Below are positions 14,101-27,100 of a stretch of 64,000 bases of DNA, one piece after another. Where the stretch lies: the NCBI GenBank assembly GCA_964057225.1, contig OZ059894.1:2666001-2730000 (forward strand), given 5' to 3'. Each line of letters starts with the position of its first letter. Positions within the stretch are counted from its first letter, which is position 1. The translations under genes were made by a program, and so were the position numbers. The stretch comes from Auanema rhodensis (Eukaryota > Animalia > Nematoda). The notes under the pieces are model-generated. The model was not told the origin of the DNA, searched no databases, and saw only the letters and a program-made list of their open reading frames with translations.

Positions 14101-17100
14101 ATTTTATATCAGTTGATATCTCGGTGCATTTTTAAGCTAGCGCAAATCTGATAACACAGATCGACGCAGCTTAAAAATCCGCATCGAATGCACTATACTA
14201 CATTGAGAAACGCTTAATACAAAAATTAGTTATGATCGTTTGAAAAATGATGCATTAGTGTATGTTGAGTTTCCATGTACACTCAACATTGCTTCCAAAA
14301 ACATTTTGACAAAAATTTTTTCGAAAAATTTCAAAATAATTTAGCGAAAAGTAGATGTTTTTAGATACCTTTTTTTAAGGCAAAGACGATGGACATTGTT
14401 ATTCAACGAAAAAATTATTTCTTCAGGGTGAAAATCGAGGATATAAGTGTGAACTTATATCAGTTGATATCTCGGTGCATTTTCAAGCTAGCGCAAATCT
14501 GATAACACAGATCGACGCAGCTTAAAAATCCGCATCGAATGCACTATTCTACATTGAGAAACGCTCAATACAAAAATTAGTTATGATCGTTTGAAAAATG
14601 ATGCATTAGTGTATGTTGAGTTTCCATGTACACTCAACATTGCTTCCAAAAACATTTTGACAAAAATTTTTTCGAAAAATTTCAAAATAATTTAGCAAAA
14701 AGTAGATGTTTTTAGATACCTTTTTTTAAGGCAAAGACGATGGACATTGTTATTCAACGAAAAAATTATTTCTTCAGGGTGAAAATCGAGGATATAAGTG
14801 TGAACTTATATCAGTTGATATCTCGGTGCATTTTCAAGCTAGCGCAAATCTGATAACACAGATCGACGCAGCTTAAAAATCCGCATCGAATGCACTATTC
14901 TACATTGAGAAACGCTCAATACAAAAATTAGTTATGATCGTTTGAAAAATGATGCATTAGTGTATGTTGAGTTTCCATGTACACTCAACATTGCTTCCAA
15001 AAACATTTTGACAAAAATTTTTTCGAAAAATTTCAAAATAATTTAGCAGAAAATAGATGTTTTTAGATTCATTTTGTCAAGGCGAAGACGATGGACATTG
15101 TTATTCAACGAAAAATTTAATTCTTCAGGGTGAAAATCGAGGATATAAGTGTGAACTTATATCAGTTGATATCTCGGTGCATTTTTAAGCTAGCGCAAAT
15201 CTGATAACACAGATCGACGCAGCTTAAAAATCCGCATCGAATGCACTATACTACATTGAGAAACGCTTAATACAAAAATTAGTTATGATCGTTTGAAAAA
15301 TGATGCATTAGTGTATGTTGAGTTTCCATGTACACTCAACATTGCTTCCAAAAACATTTTGACAAAAATTTTTTCGAAAAATTTCAGAATAATTTAGCAA
15401 AAAGTAGATGTTTTTAGATTCCTTTTTTCAAGGCGAAGACGATGGACATTGTTATTCAACGAAAAAATTAATTCTTCAGGGTGAAAATCGAGGATATAAG
15501 TGTGATTTTATATCAGTTGATATCTCGGTGCAATTTTAAGCTAGCGCAAATCTGATAACACAGATCGACGCAGCTTAAAAATCCGCATCGAATGCACTAT
15601 ACTACATTGAGAAACGCTTAATACAAAAATTAGTTATGATCGTTTGAAAAATGATGCATTAGTGTATGTTGAGTTTCCATGTACACTCAACATTGCTTCC
15701 AAAAACATTTTGACAAAAATTTTTTCGAAAAATTTCAAAATAATTTAGCAAAAAGTAGATGTTTTTAGATTCCTTTTTTCAAGGCGAAGACGATGGACAT
15801 TGTTATTCAACGAAAAAATTAATTCTTCAGGGTGAAAATCGAGGATATAAGTGTGATTTTATATCAGTTGATATCTCGGTGCATTTCTAAGCTAGCGCAA
15901 ATCTGATAACACAGATCGACGCAGCTTAAAAATCCGCATCGAATGCACTATACTACATTGAGAAACGCTTAATACAAAAATTAGTTATGATCGTTTGAAA
16001 AATGATGCATTAGTGTATGTTGAGTTTCCATGTACACTCAACATTGCTTCCAAAAACATTTTGACAAAAATTTTTTCGAAAAATTTCAAGATAATTTAGC
16101 GAAAAGTAGATGTTTTTAGATTCCTTTTTTCAAGGCGAAGACGATGGACATTGTTATTCAACGAAAAAATTAATTCTTCAGGGTGAAAATCGAGGATATA
16201 AGTGTGAACTTATATCAGTTGATATCTCGGTGCATTTCTAAGCTAGCGCAAATCTGATAACACAGATCGACGCAGCTTGAAAATCCGCATCGAATGCACT
16301 ATACTACATTGAGAAACGCTTAATACAAAAATTAGTTATGATCGTTTGAAAAATGATGCATTAGTGTATGTTGAGTTTCCATGTACACTCAACATTGCTT
16401 CCAAAAACATTTTGACAAAAATTTTTTCGAAAAATTTCAAAATAATTTAGCAAAAAGTAGATGTTTTTAGATTCCTTTTTTCAAGGCGAAGACGATGGAC
16501 ATTGTTATTCAACGAAAAAATTAATTCTTCAGGGTGAAAATCGAGGATATAAGTGTGATTTTATATCAGTTGATATCTCGGTGCATTTCTAAGCTAGCGC
16601 AAATCTGATAACACAGACCGACGCAGCTTAAAAATCCGCATCGAATGCACTATACTACATTGAGAAACGCTTAATACAAAAATTAGTTATGATCGTTTGA
16701 AAAATGATGCATTAGTGTATGTTGAGTTTCCATGTACACTCAACATTGCTTCCAAAAACATTTTGACAAAAATTTTTTCGAAAAATTTCAAAATAATTTA
16801 GCAAAAAGTAGATGTTTTTAGATTCCTTTTTTCAAGGCGAAGACGATGGACATTGTTATTCAACGAAAAAATTAATTCTTTAGGGTGAAAATCGAGGATA
16901 TAAGTGTGAACTTATATCAGTTGATATCTCGGTGCATTTTTAAGCTAGCGCAAATCTGATAACACAGATCGACGCAGCTTAAAAATCCGCATCGAATGCA
17001 CTATACTACATTGAGAAACGCTTAATACAAAAATTAGTTATGATCGTTTGAAAAATGATGCATTAGTGTATGTTGAGTTTCCATGTACACTCAACATTGC

Positions 17101-20100
17101 TTCCAAAAACATTTTGACAAAAATTTTTTCGAAAAATTTCAAAATAATTTAGCAAAAAGTAGATGTTTTTAGATACCTTTTTTTAAGGCAAAGACGATGG
17201 ACATTGTTATTCAACGAAAAAATTATTTCTTCAGGGTGAAAATCGAGGATATAAGTGTGAACTTATATCAGTTGATATCTCGGTGCATTTTTAAGCTAGC
17301 GCAAATCTGATAACACAGATCGACGCAGCTTAAAAATCCGCATCGAATGCACTATTCTACATTGAGAAACGCTCAATACAAAAATTAGTTATGATCGTTT
17401 GAAAAATGATGCATTAGTGTATGTTGAGTTTCCATGTACACTCAACATTGCTTCCAAAAACATTTTGACAAAAATTTTTTCGAAAAATTTCAAAATAATT
17501 TAGCAGAAAGTAGATGTTTTTAGATTCATTTTGTCAAGGCGAAGACGATGGACATTGTTATTCAACGAAAAATTTAATTCTTCAGGGTGAAAATCGAGGA
17601 TATAAGTGTGAACTTATATCAGTTGATATCTCGGTGCATTTTTAAGCTAGCGCAAATCTGATAACACAGATCGACGCAGCTTAAAAATCCGCATCGAATG
17701 CACTATACTACATTGAGAAACGCTTAATACAAAAATTAGTTATGATCGTTTGAAAAATGATGCATTAGTGTATGTTGAGTTTCCATGTACACTCAACATT
17801 GCTTCCAAAAACATTTTGACAAAAATTTTTTCGAAAAATTTCAAAATAATTTAGCAAAAAGTAGATGTTTTTAGATACCTTTTTTTAAGGCAAAGACGAT
17901 GGACATTGTTATTCAACGAAAAAATTATTTCTTCAGGGTGAAAATCGAGGATATAAGTGTGAACTTATATCAGTTGATATCTCGGTGCATTTTTAAGCTA
18001 GCGCAAATCTGATAACACAGATCGACGCAGCTTAAAAATCCGCATCGAATGCACTATTCTACATTGAGAAACGCTCAATACAAAAATTAGTTATGATCGT
18101 TTGAAAAATGATGCATTAGTGTATGTTGAGTTTCCATGTACACTCAACATTGCTTCCAAAAACATTTTGACAAAAATTTTTTCGAAAAATTTCAAAATAA
18201 TTTAGCAAAAAGTAGATGTTTTTAGATTCCTTTTTTCAAGGCGAAGACGATGGACATTGTTATTCAACGAAAAAATTAATTCTTTAGGGTGAAAATCGAG
18301 GATATAAGTGTGAACTTATATCAGTTGATATCTCGGTGCATTTTTAAGCTAGCGCAAATCTGATAACACAGATCGACGCAGCTTAAAAATCCGCATCGAA
18401 TGCACTATACTACATTGAGAAACGCTTAATACAAAAATTAGTTATGATCGTTTGAAAAATGATGCATTAGTGTATGTTGAGTTTCCATGTACACTCAACA
18501 TTGCTTCCAAAAACATTTTGACAAAAATTTTTTCGAAAAATTTCAGAATAATTTAGCAAAAAGTAGATGTTTTTAGATACCTTTTTTTAAGGCAAAGACG
18601 ATGGACATTGTTATTCAACGAAAAAATTATTTCTTCAGGGTGAAAATCGAGGATATAAGTGTGAACTTATATCAGTTGATATCTCGGTGCATTTTTAAGC
18701 TAGCGCAAATCTGATAACACAGATCGACGCAGCTTAAAAATCCGCATCGAATGCACTATTCTACATTGAGAAACGCTCAATACAAAAATTAGTTATGATC
18801 GTTTGAAAAATGATGCATTAGTGTATGTTGAGTTTCCATGTACACTCAACATTGCTTCCAAAAACATTTTGACAAAAATTTTTTCGAAAAATTTCAAAAT
18901 AATTTAGCAGAAAGTAGATGTTTTTAGATTCATTTTGTCAAGGCGAAGACGATGGACATTGTTATTCAACGAAAAATTTAATTCTTCAGGGTGAAAATCG
19001 AGGATATAAGTGTGAACTTATATCAGTTGATATCTCGGTGCATTTTTAAGCTAGCGCAAATCTGATAACACAGATCGACGCAGCTTAAAAATCCGCATCG
19101 AATGCACTATACTACATTGAGAAACGCTTAATACAAAAATTAGTTATGATCGTTTGAAAAATGATGCATTAGTGTATGTTGAGTTTCCATGTACACTCAA
19201 CATTGCTTCCAAAAACATTTTGACAAAAATTTTTTCGAAAAATTTCAAAATAATTTAGCAAAAAGTAGATGTTTTTAGATACCTTTTTTTAAGGCAAAGA
19301 CGATGGACATTGTTATTCAACGAAAAAATTATTTCTTCAGGGTGAAAATCGAGGATATAAGTGTGAACTTATATCAGTTGATATCTCGGTGCATTTTTAA
19401 GCTAGCGCAAATCTGATAACACAGATCGACGCAGCTTAAAAATCCGCATCGAATGCACTATTCTACATTGAGAAACGCTCAATACAAAAATTAGTTATGA
19501 TCGTTTGAAAAATGATGCATTAGTGTATGTTGAGTTTCCATGTACACTCAACATTGCTTCCAAAAACATTTTGACAAAAATTTTTTCGAAAAATTTCAAA
19601 ATAATTTAGCAGAAAGTAGATGTTTTTAGATTCATTTTGTCAAGGCGAAGACGATGGACATTGTTATTCAACGAAAAATTTAATTCTTCAGGGTGAAAAT
19701 CGAGGATATAAGTGTGAACTTATATCAGTTGATATCTCGGTGCATTTTTAAGCTAGCGCAAATCTGATAACACAGATCGACGCAGCTTAAAAATCCGCAT
19801 CGAATGCACTATACTACATTGAGAAACGCTTAATACAAAAATTAGTTATGATCGTTTGAAAAATGATGCATTAGTGTATGTTGAGTTTCCATGTACACTC
19901 AACATTGCTTCCAAAAACATTTTGACAAAAATTTTTTCGAAAAATTTCAGAATAATTTAGCAAAAAGTAGATGTTTTTAGATTCCTTTTTTCAAGGCGAA
20001 GACGATGGACATTGTTATTCAACGAAAAAATTAATTCTTCAGGGTGAAAATCGAGGATATAAGTGTGATTTTATATCAGTTGATATCTCGGTGCATTTTT

Positions 20101-21060
20101 AAGCTAGCGCAAATCTGATAACACAGATCGACGCAGCTTAAAAATCCGCATCGAATGCACTATTCTACATTGAGAAACGCTCAATACAAAAATTAGTTAT
20201 GATCGTTTGAAAAATGATGCATTAGTGTATGTTGAGTTTCCATGTACACTCAACATTGCTTCCAAAAACATTTTGACAAAAATTTTTTCGAAAAATTTCA
20301 AAATAATTTAGCAAAAAGTAGATGTTTTTAGATACCTTTTTTTAAGGCAAAGACGATGGACATTGTTATTCAACGAAAAAATTATTTCTTCAGGGTGAAA
20401 ATCGAGGATATAAGTGTGAACTTATATCAGTTGATATCTCGGTGCATTTTTAAGCTAGCGCAAATCTGATAACACAGATCGACGCAGCTTAAAAATCCGC
20501 ATCGAATGCACTATTCTACATTGAGAAACGCTCAATACAAAAATTAGTTATGATCGTTTGAAAAATGATGCATTAGTGTATGTTGAGTTTCCATGTACAC
20601 TCAACATTGCTTCCAAAAACATTTTGACAAAAATTTTTTCGAAAAATTTCAAAATAATTTAGCAGAAAGTAGATGTTTTTAGATTCATTTTGTCAAGGCG
20701 AAGACGATGGACATTGTTATTCAACGAAAAATTTAATTCTTCAGGGTGAAAATCGAGGATATAAGTGTGAACTTATATCAGTTGATATCTCGGTGCATTT
20801 TTAAGCTAGCGCAAATCTGATAACACAGATCGACGCAGCTTAAAAATCCGCATCGAATGCACTATACTACATTGAGAAACGCTTAATACAAAAATTAGTT
20901 ATGATCGTTTGAAAAATGATGCATTAGTGTATGTTGAGTTTCCATGTACACTCAACATTGCTTCCAAAAACATTTTGACAAAAATTTTTTCGAAAAATTT
21001 CAGAATAATTTAGCAAAAAGTAGATGTTTTTAGATTCCTTTTTTCAAGGCGAAGACGATG
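2107..21060 (+). repeat. Subfamily domain A (monomers ~7-60) with imperfect ~5-mer higher-order repeat
   Basis: Markers essentially confined to the left third: TTTCTAAG, CTCAGTG, ATACCTTTTTTTAAGG, TTCATTTTGTCAAGG, GCAGAAA, and GTGATTTT (last seen in the monomer at 22465). CTCAGTG sits at about 2540, 3944, 5699, 7805, 9560 and 11315 (spacings of 4, 5, 6, 5, 5 monomers). Confidence 0.8.
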
Positions 21061-23166
21061 GACATTGTTATTCAACGAAAAAATTAATTCTTCAGGGTGA
21101 AAATCGAGGATATAAGTGTGATTTTATATCAGTTGATATCTCGGTGCATTTTTAAGCTAGCGCAAATCTGATAACACAGATCGACGCAGCTTAAAAATCC
21201 GCATCGAATGCACTATACTACATTGAGAAACGCTTAATACAAAAATTAGTTATGATCGTTTGAAAAATGATGCATTAGTGTATGTTGAGTTTCCATGTAC
21301 ACTCAACATTGCTTCCAAAAACATTTTGACAAAAATTTTTTCGAAAAATTTCAAAATAATTTAGCAAAAAGTAGATGTTTTTAGATTCCTTTTTTCAAGG
21401 CAAAGACGATGGACATTGTTATTCAACGAAAAAATTAATTCTTCAGGGTGAAAATCGAGGATATAAGTGTGAACTTATATCAGTTGATATCTCGGTGCAT
21501 TTTTAAGCTAGCGCAAATCTGATAACACAGATCGACGCAGCTTAAAAATCCGCATCGAATGCACTATACTACATTGAGAAACGCCTAATACAAAAATTAG
21601 TTATGATCGTTTGAAAAATGATGCATTAGTGTATGTTGAGTTTCCATGTACACTCAACATTGCTTCCAAAAACATTTTGACAAAAATTTTTTCGAAAAAT
21701 TTCAAAATAATTTAGCAAAAAGTAGATGTTTTTAGATTCCTTTTTTCAAGGCAAAGACGATGGACATTGTTATTCAACGAAAAAATTAATTCTTCAGGGT
21801 GAAAATCGAGGATATAAGTGTGATTTTATATCAGTTGATATCTCGGTGCATTTTTAAGCTAGCGCAAATCTGATAACACAGATCGACGCAGCTTAAAAAT
21901 CCGCATCGAATGCACTATACTACATTGAGAAACGCTTAATACAAAAATTAGTTATGATCGTTTGAAAAATGATGCATTAGTGTATGTTGAGTTTCCATGT
22001 ACACTCAACATTGCTTCCAAAAACATTTTGACAAAAATTTTTTCGAAAAATTTCAAAATAATTTAGCAAAAAGTAGATGTTTTTAGATTCCTTTTTTCAA
22101 GGCAAAGACGATGGACATTGTTATTCAACGAAAAAATTAATTCTTCAGGGTGAAAATCGAGGATATAAGTGTGATTTTATATCAGTTGATATCTCGGTGC
22201 ATTTTTAAGCTAGCGCAAATCTGATAACACAGATCGACGCAGCTTAAAAATCCGCATCGAATGCACTATACTACATTGAGAAACGCCTAATACAAAAATT
22301 AGTTATGATCGTTTGAAAAATGATGCATTAGTGTATGTTGAGTTTCCATGTACACTCAACATTGCTTCCAAAAACATTTTGACAAAAATTTTTTCGAAAA
22401 ATTTCAAAATAATTTAGCAAAAAGTAGATGTTTTTAGATTCCTTTTTTCAAGGCAAAGACGATGGACATTGTTATTCAACGAAAAAATTAATTCTTCAGG
22501 GTGAAAATCGAGGATATAAGTGTGATTTTATATCAGTTGATATCTCGGTGCATTTTTAAGCTAGCGCAAATCTGATAACACAGATCGACGCAGCTTAAAA
22601 ATCCGCATCGAATGCACTATACTACATTGAGAAACGCTTAATACAAAAATTAGTTATGATCGTTTGAAAAATGATGCATTAGTGTATGTTGAGTTTCCAT
22701 GTACACTCAACATTGCTTCCAAAAACATTTTGACAAAAATTTTTTCGAAAAATTTCAAAATAATTTAGCAAAAAGTAGATGTTTTTAGATTCCTTTTTTC
22801 AAGGCAAAGACGATGGACATTGTTATTCAACGAAAAAATTAATTCTTCAGGGTGAAAATCGAGGATATAAGTGTGAACTTATATCAGTTGATATCTCGGT
22901 GCATTTTTAAGCTAGCGCAAATCTGATAACACAGATCGACGCAGCTTAAAAATCCGCATCGAATGCACTATACTACATTGAGAAACGCCTAATACAAAAA
23001 TTAGTTATGATCGTTTGAAAAATGATGCATTAGTGTATGTTGAGTTTCCATGTACACTCAACATTGCTTCCAAAAACATTTTGACAAAAATTTTTTCGAA
23101 AAATTTCAAAATAATTTAGCAAAAAGTAGATGTTTTTAGATTCCTTTTTTCAAGGCAAAGACGATG
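21061..23166 (+). repeat. Run of six near-consensus monomers (61-66) between domains A and B
   Basis: They differ only at the GAAC/GATT and CTT/CCT sites, and all end in GGCAAAG. Confidence 0.7.
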
Positions 23167-23916
23167 GACATTGTTATTCAACGAAAAAATTAATTCTTCA
23201 GGGTGAAAATCGAGGATATAAGTGTGAACATATATCAGTTGATATCTCGGTGCATTTTTAAGCTAGCGCAAATCTGATAACACAGATCGACGCAGCTTAA
23301 AAATCCGCATCGAATGCACTATACCACATTGAGAAACGCTCAATACAAAAATTAGTTATGATCGTTTGAAAAATGATGCATTAGTGTATGTTGAGTTTCC
23401 ATGTACACTCAACATTGCTTCCAAAAACATTTTGACAAAAATTTTTTCGAAAAATTTCAAAATAATTTAGCAAAAAGTAGATGTTTTTAGATTCCTTTTT
23501 TCAAGGCGAAGACGATGGACATTGTTATTCAACGAAAAAATTAATTCTTCAGGGTGAAAATCGAGGATATAAGTGTGAACTTATATCAGTTGATATCTCG
23601 GTGCATTTTTAAGCTAGCGCAAATCTGATAACACAGATCGACGCAGCTTACAAATCCGCATTGAATGCACTATACTACATTGAGAAACGCCTAATACAAA
23701 AATTAGTTATGATCGTTTGAAAAATGATGCATTAGTGTATGTTGAGTTTCCATGTACACTCAACATTGCTTCCAAAAACATTTTGACAAAAATTTTTTCG
23801 AAAAATTTCAAAATAATTTAGCGAAAAGTAGATGTTTTTAGATTCCTTTTTTCAAGGCAAAGACGATGGACATTGTTATTCAACGAAAAAATTAATTCTT
23901 CAGGGTGAAAATCGAG

Positions 23917-23938
23917 GATATAAGTGTGAACTTATATC
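23917..23938. other. Intra-monomer hairpin 1 (positions 49-70): GATATAAGT-gtga-ACTTATATC, shown in monomer 69
   Basis: Perfect 9-bp inverted repeat with a 4-nt loop in consensus copies. It is broken in AACATA, GATTTT and GATCTA variants. Confidence 0.9.
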
Positions 23939-23955
23939 AGTTGATATCTCGGTGC

Positions 23956-24006
23956 ATTTTTAAGCTAGCGCAAATCTGATAACACAGATCGACGCAGCTT
24001 AAAAAT
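23956..24006. other. Intra-monomer hairpin 2 (positions 88-138), shown in monomer 69
   Basis: ATTTTTAAGCT pairs with AGCTTAAAAAT (11 bp perfect), then GCG/CGC and ATCTG/CAGAT, closing a 6-nt loop ATAACA. Confidence 0.9.
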
Positions 24007-24089
24007 CCGCATCGAATGCACTATACTACATTGAGAAACGCTTAATACAAAAATTAGTTATGATCGTTTGAAAAATGATGCATTAGTGT

Positions 24090-24117
24090 ATGTTGAGTTT
24101 CCATGTACACTCAACAT
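24090..24117. other. Intra-monomer hairpin 3 (positions 222-249): ATGTTGAGT-N10-ACTCAACAT, shown in monomer 69
   Basis: Perfect 9-bp inverted repeat with a 10-nt loop TTCCATGTAC. It lies in the least variable part of the monomer. Confidence 0.9.
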
Positions 24118-24124
24118 TGCTTCC

Positions 24125-24190
24125 AAAAACATTTTGACAAAAATTTTTTCGAAAAATTTCAAAATAATTTAGCAAAAAGTAGATGTTTTT
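24125..24190. other. Intra-monomer AT-rich nested palindrome and A/T-tract cluster (positions 257-322), shown in monomer 69
   Basis: A 12-bp perfect palindrome TTTTTCGAAAAA (277-288) is flanked by ATTTTGA/TCAAAAT (263-269/291-297) and AAAAACAT/ATGTTTTT (257-264/315-322). Confidence 0.8.
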
Positions 24191-27100
24191 AGATACCTTT
24201 TTTGAAGGCAAAGACGATGGACATTGTTATTCAACGAAAATATTATTTCTTCAGGGTGAAAATCGAGGATATAAGTGTGAACTTATATCAGTTGATAACT
24301 CGGTGCATTTTTAAGCTAGCGCAAATCTGATAACACAGATCGACGCAGCTTAAAAATCCGCATCGAATGCATTATACTACATTGAGAAACGCTTAATACA
24401 AAAATTAGTTATGATCGTTTGAAAAATGATGCATTAGTGTATGTTGAGTTTCCATGTACACTCAACATTGCTTCCAAAAACATTTTGACAAAAATTTTTT
24501 CGAAAAATTTCAAAATAATTTAGCAAAAAGTAGATGTTTTTAGATTCCTTTTTTCAAGGCGAAGACGATGGACATTGTTATTCAACGAAAAATTTATTTC
24601 TTCAGGGTGAAAATCGAGGATATAAGTGTGAACTTATATCAGTTGATATCTCGGTGCATTTTTAAGCTAGCGCAAATCTGATAACACAGATCGACGCAGC
24701 TTAAAACTCCGCATCGAATGCACTATACCACATTGAGAAACGCTCAATACAAAAATTAGTTATGATCGTTTGAAAAATGATGCATTAGTGTATGTTGAGT
24801 TTCCATGTACACTCAACATTGCTTCCAAAAACATTTTGACAAAAATTTTTTCGAAAAATTTCAAAATAATTTAGCAAAAAGTAGATGTTTTTAGATTCCT
24901 TTTTTCAAGGCGAAGACGATGGACATTGTTATTCAACGAAAAAATTAATTCTTCAGGGTGAAAATCGAGGATATAAGTGTGAACTTATATCAGTTGATAT
25001 CTCGGTGCATTTTTAAGCTAGCGCAAATCTGATAACACAGATCGACGCAGCTTAAAAATCCGCATCGAATGCACTATACTACATTGAGAAACGCTTAATA
25101 CAAAAATTAGTTATGATCGTTTGAAAAATGATGCATTAGTGTATGTTGAGTTTCCATGTACACTCAACATTGCTTCCAAAAACATTTTGACAAAAATTTT
25201 TTCGAAAAATTTCAAAATAATTTAGCAAAAAGTAGATGTTTTTAGATACCTTTTTTGAAGGCAAAGACGATGGACATTGTTATTCAACGAAAATATTATT
25301 TCTTCAGGGTGAAAATCGAGGATATAAGTGTGAACTTATATCAGTTGATAACTCGGTGCATTTTTAAGCTAGCGCAAATCTGATAACACAGATCGACGCA
25401 GCTTAAAAATCCGCATCGAATGCATTATACTACATTGAGAAACGCTTAATACAAAAATTAGTTATGATCGTTTGAAAAATGATGCATTAGTGTATGTTGA
25501 GTTTCCATGTACACTCAACATTGCTTCCAAAAACATTTTGACAAAAATTTTTTCGAAAAATTTCAAAATAATTTAGCAAAAAGTAGATGTTTTTAGATTC
25601 CTTTTTTCAAGGCGAAGACGATGGACATTGTTATTCAACGAAAAATTTATTTCTTCAGGGTGAAAATCGAGGATATAAGTGTGAACTTATATCAGTTGAT
25701 ATCTCGGTGCATTTTTAAGCTAGCGCAAATCTGATAACACAGATCGACGCAGCTTAAAACTCCGCATCGAATGCACTATTCTACATTGAGAAACGCTCAA
25801 TACAAAAATTAGTTATGATCGTTTGAAAAATGATGCATTAGTGTATGTTGAGTTTCCATGTACACTCAACATTGCTTCCAAAAACATTTTGACAAAAATT
25901 TTTTCGGAAAATTTTAAGATAATTTAGCAAAAAGTAGATGTTTTTAGATTCCTTTTTTCAAGGCAAAGACGATGGACATTGTTATTCAACGAAAAAATTA
26001 ATTCTTCAGGGTGAAAATCGAGGATATAAGTGTGAACATATATCAGTTGATATCTCGGTGCATTTTTAAGCTAGCGCAAATCTGATAACACAGATCGACG
26101 CAGCTTAAAAATCCGCATCGAATGCACTATACTACATTGAGAAACGCTCAATACAAAAATTAGTTATGATCGTTTGAAAAATGATGCATTAGTGTATGTT
26201 GAGTTTCCATGTACACTCAACATTGCTTCCAAAAACATTTTGACAAAAATTTTTTCGGAAAATTTCAAGATAATTTAGCAAAAAGTAGATGTTTTTAGAT
26301 TCCTTTTTTCAAGGCAAAGACGATGGACATTGTTATTCAACGAAAAAATTAATTCTTCAGGGTGAAAATCGAGGATATAAGTGTGAACATATATCAGTTG
26401 ATATCTCGGTGCATTTTTAAGCTAGCGCAAATCTGATAACACAGATCGACGCAGCTTAAAAATCCGCATCGAATGCACTATACTACATTGAGAAACGCTC
26501 AATACAAAAATTAGTTATGATCGTTTGAAAAATGATGCATTAGTGTATGTTGAGTTTCCATGTACACTCAACATTGCTTCCAAAAACATTTTGACAAAAA
26601 TTTTTTCGAAAAATTTCAAAATAATTTAGCAAAAAGTAGATGTTTTTAGATTTCTTTTTTCAAGGCGAAGACGATGGACATTGTTATTCAACGAAAAAAT
26701 TAATTCTTCAGGGTGAAAATCGAGGATATAAGTGTGAACTTATATCAGTTGATATCTCTGTGCATTTTTAAGCTAGCGCAAATCTGATAACACAGATCGA
26801 CGCAGCTTACAAATCCGCATTGAATGCACTATACTACATTGAGAAACGCCTAATACAAAAATTAGTTATGATCGTTTGAAAAATGATGCATTAGTGTATG
26901 TTGAGTTTCCATGTACACTCAACATTGCTTCCAAAAACATTTTGACAAAAATTTTTTCGAAAAATTTCAAAATAATTTAGCGAAAAGTAGATGTTTTTAG
27001 ATTCCTTTTTTCAAGGCAAAGACGATGGACATTGTTATTCAACGAAAAAATTAATTCTTCAGGGTGAAAATCGAGGATATAAGTGTGAACTTATATCAGT

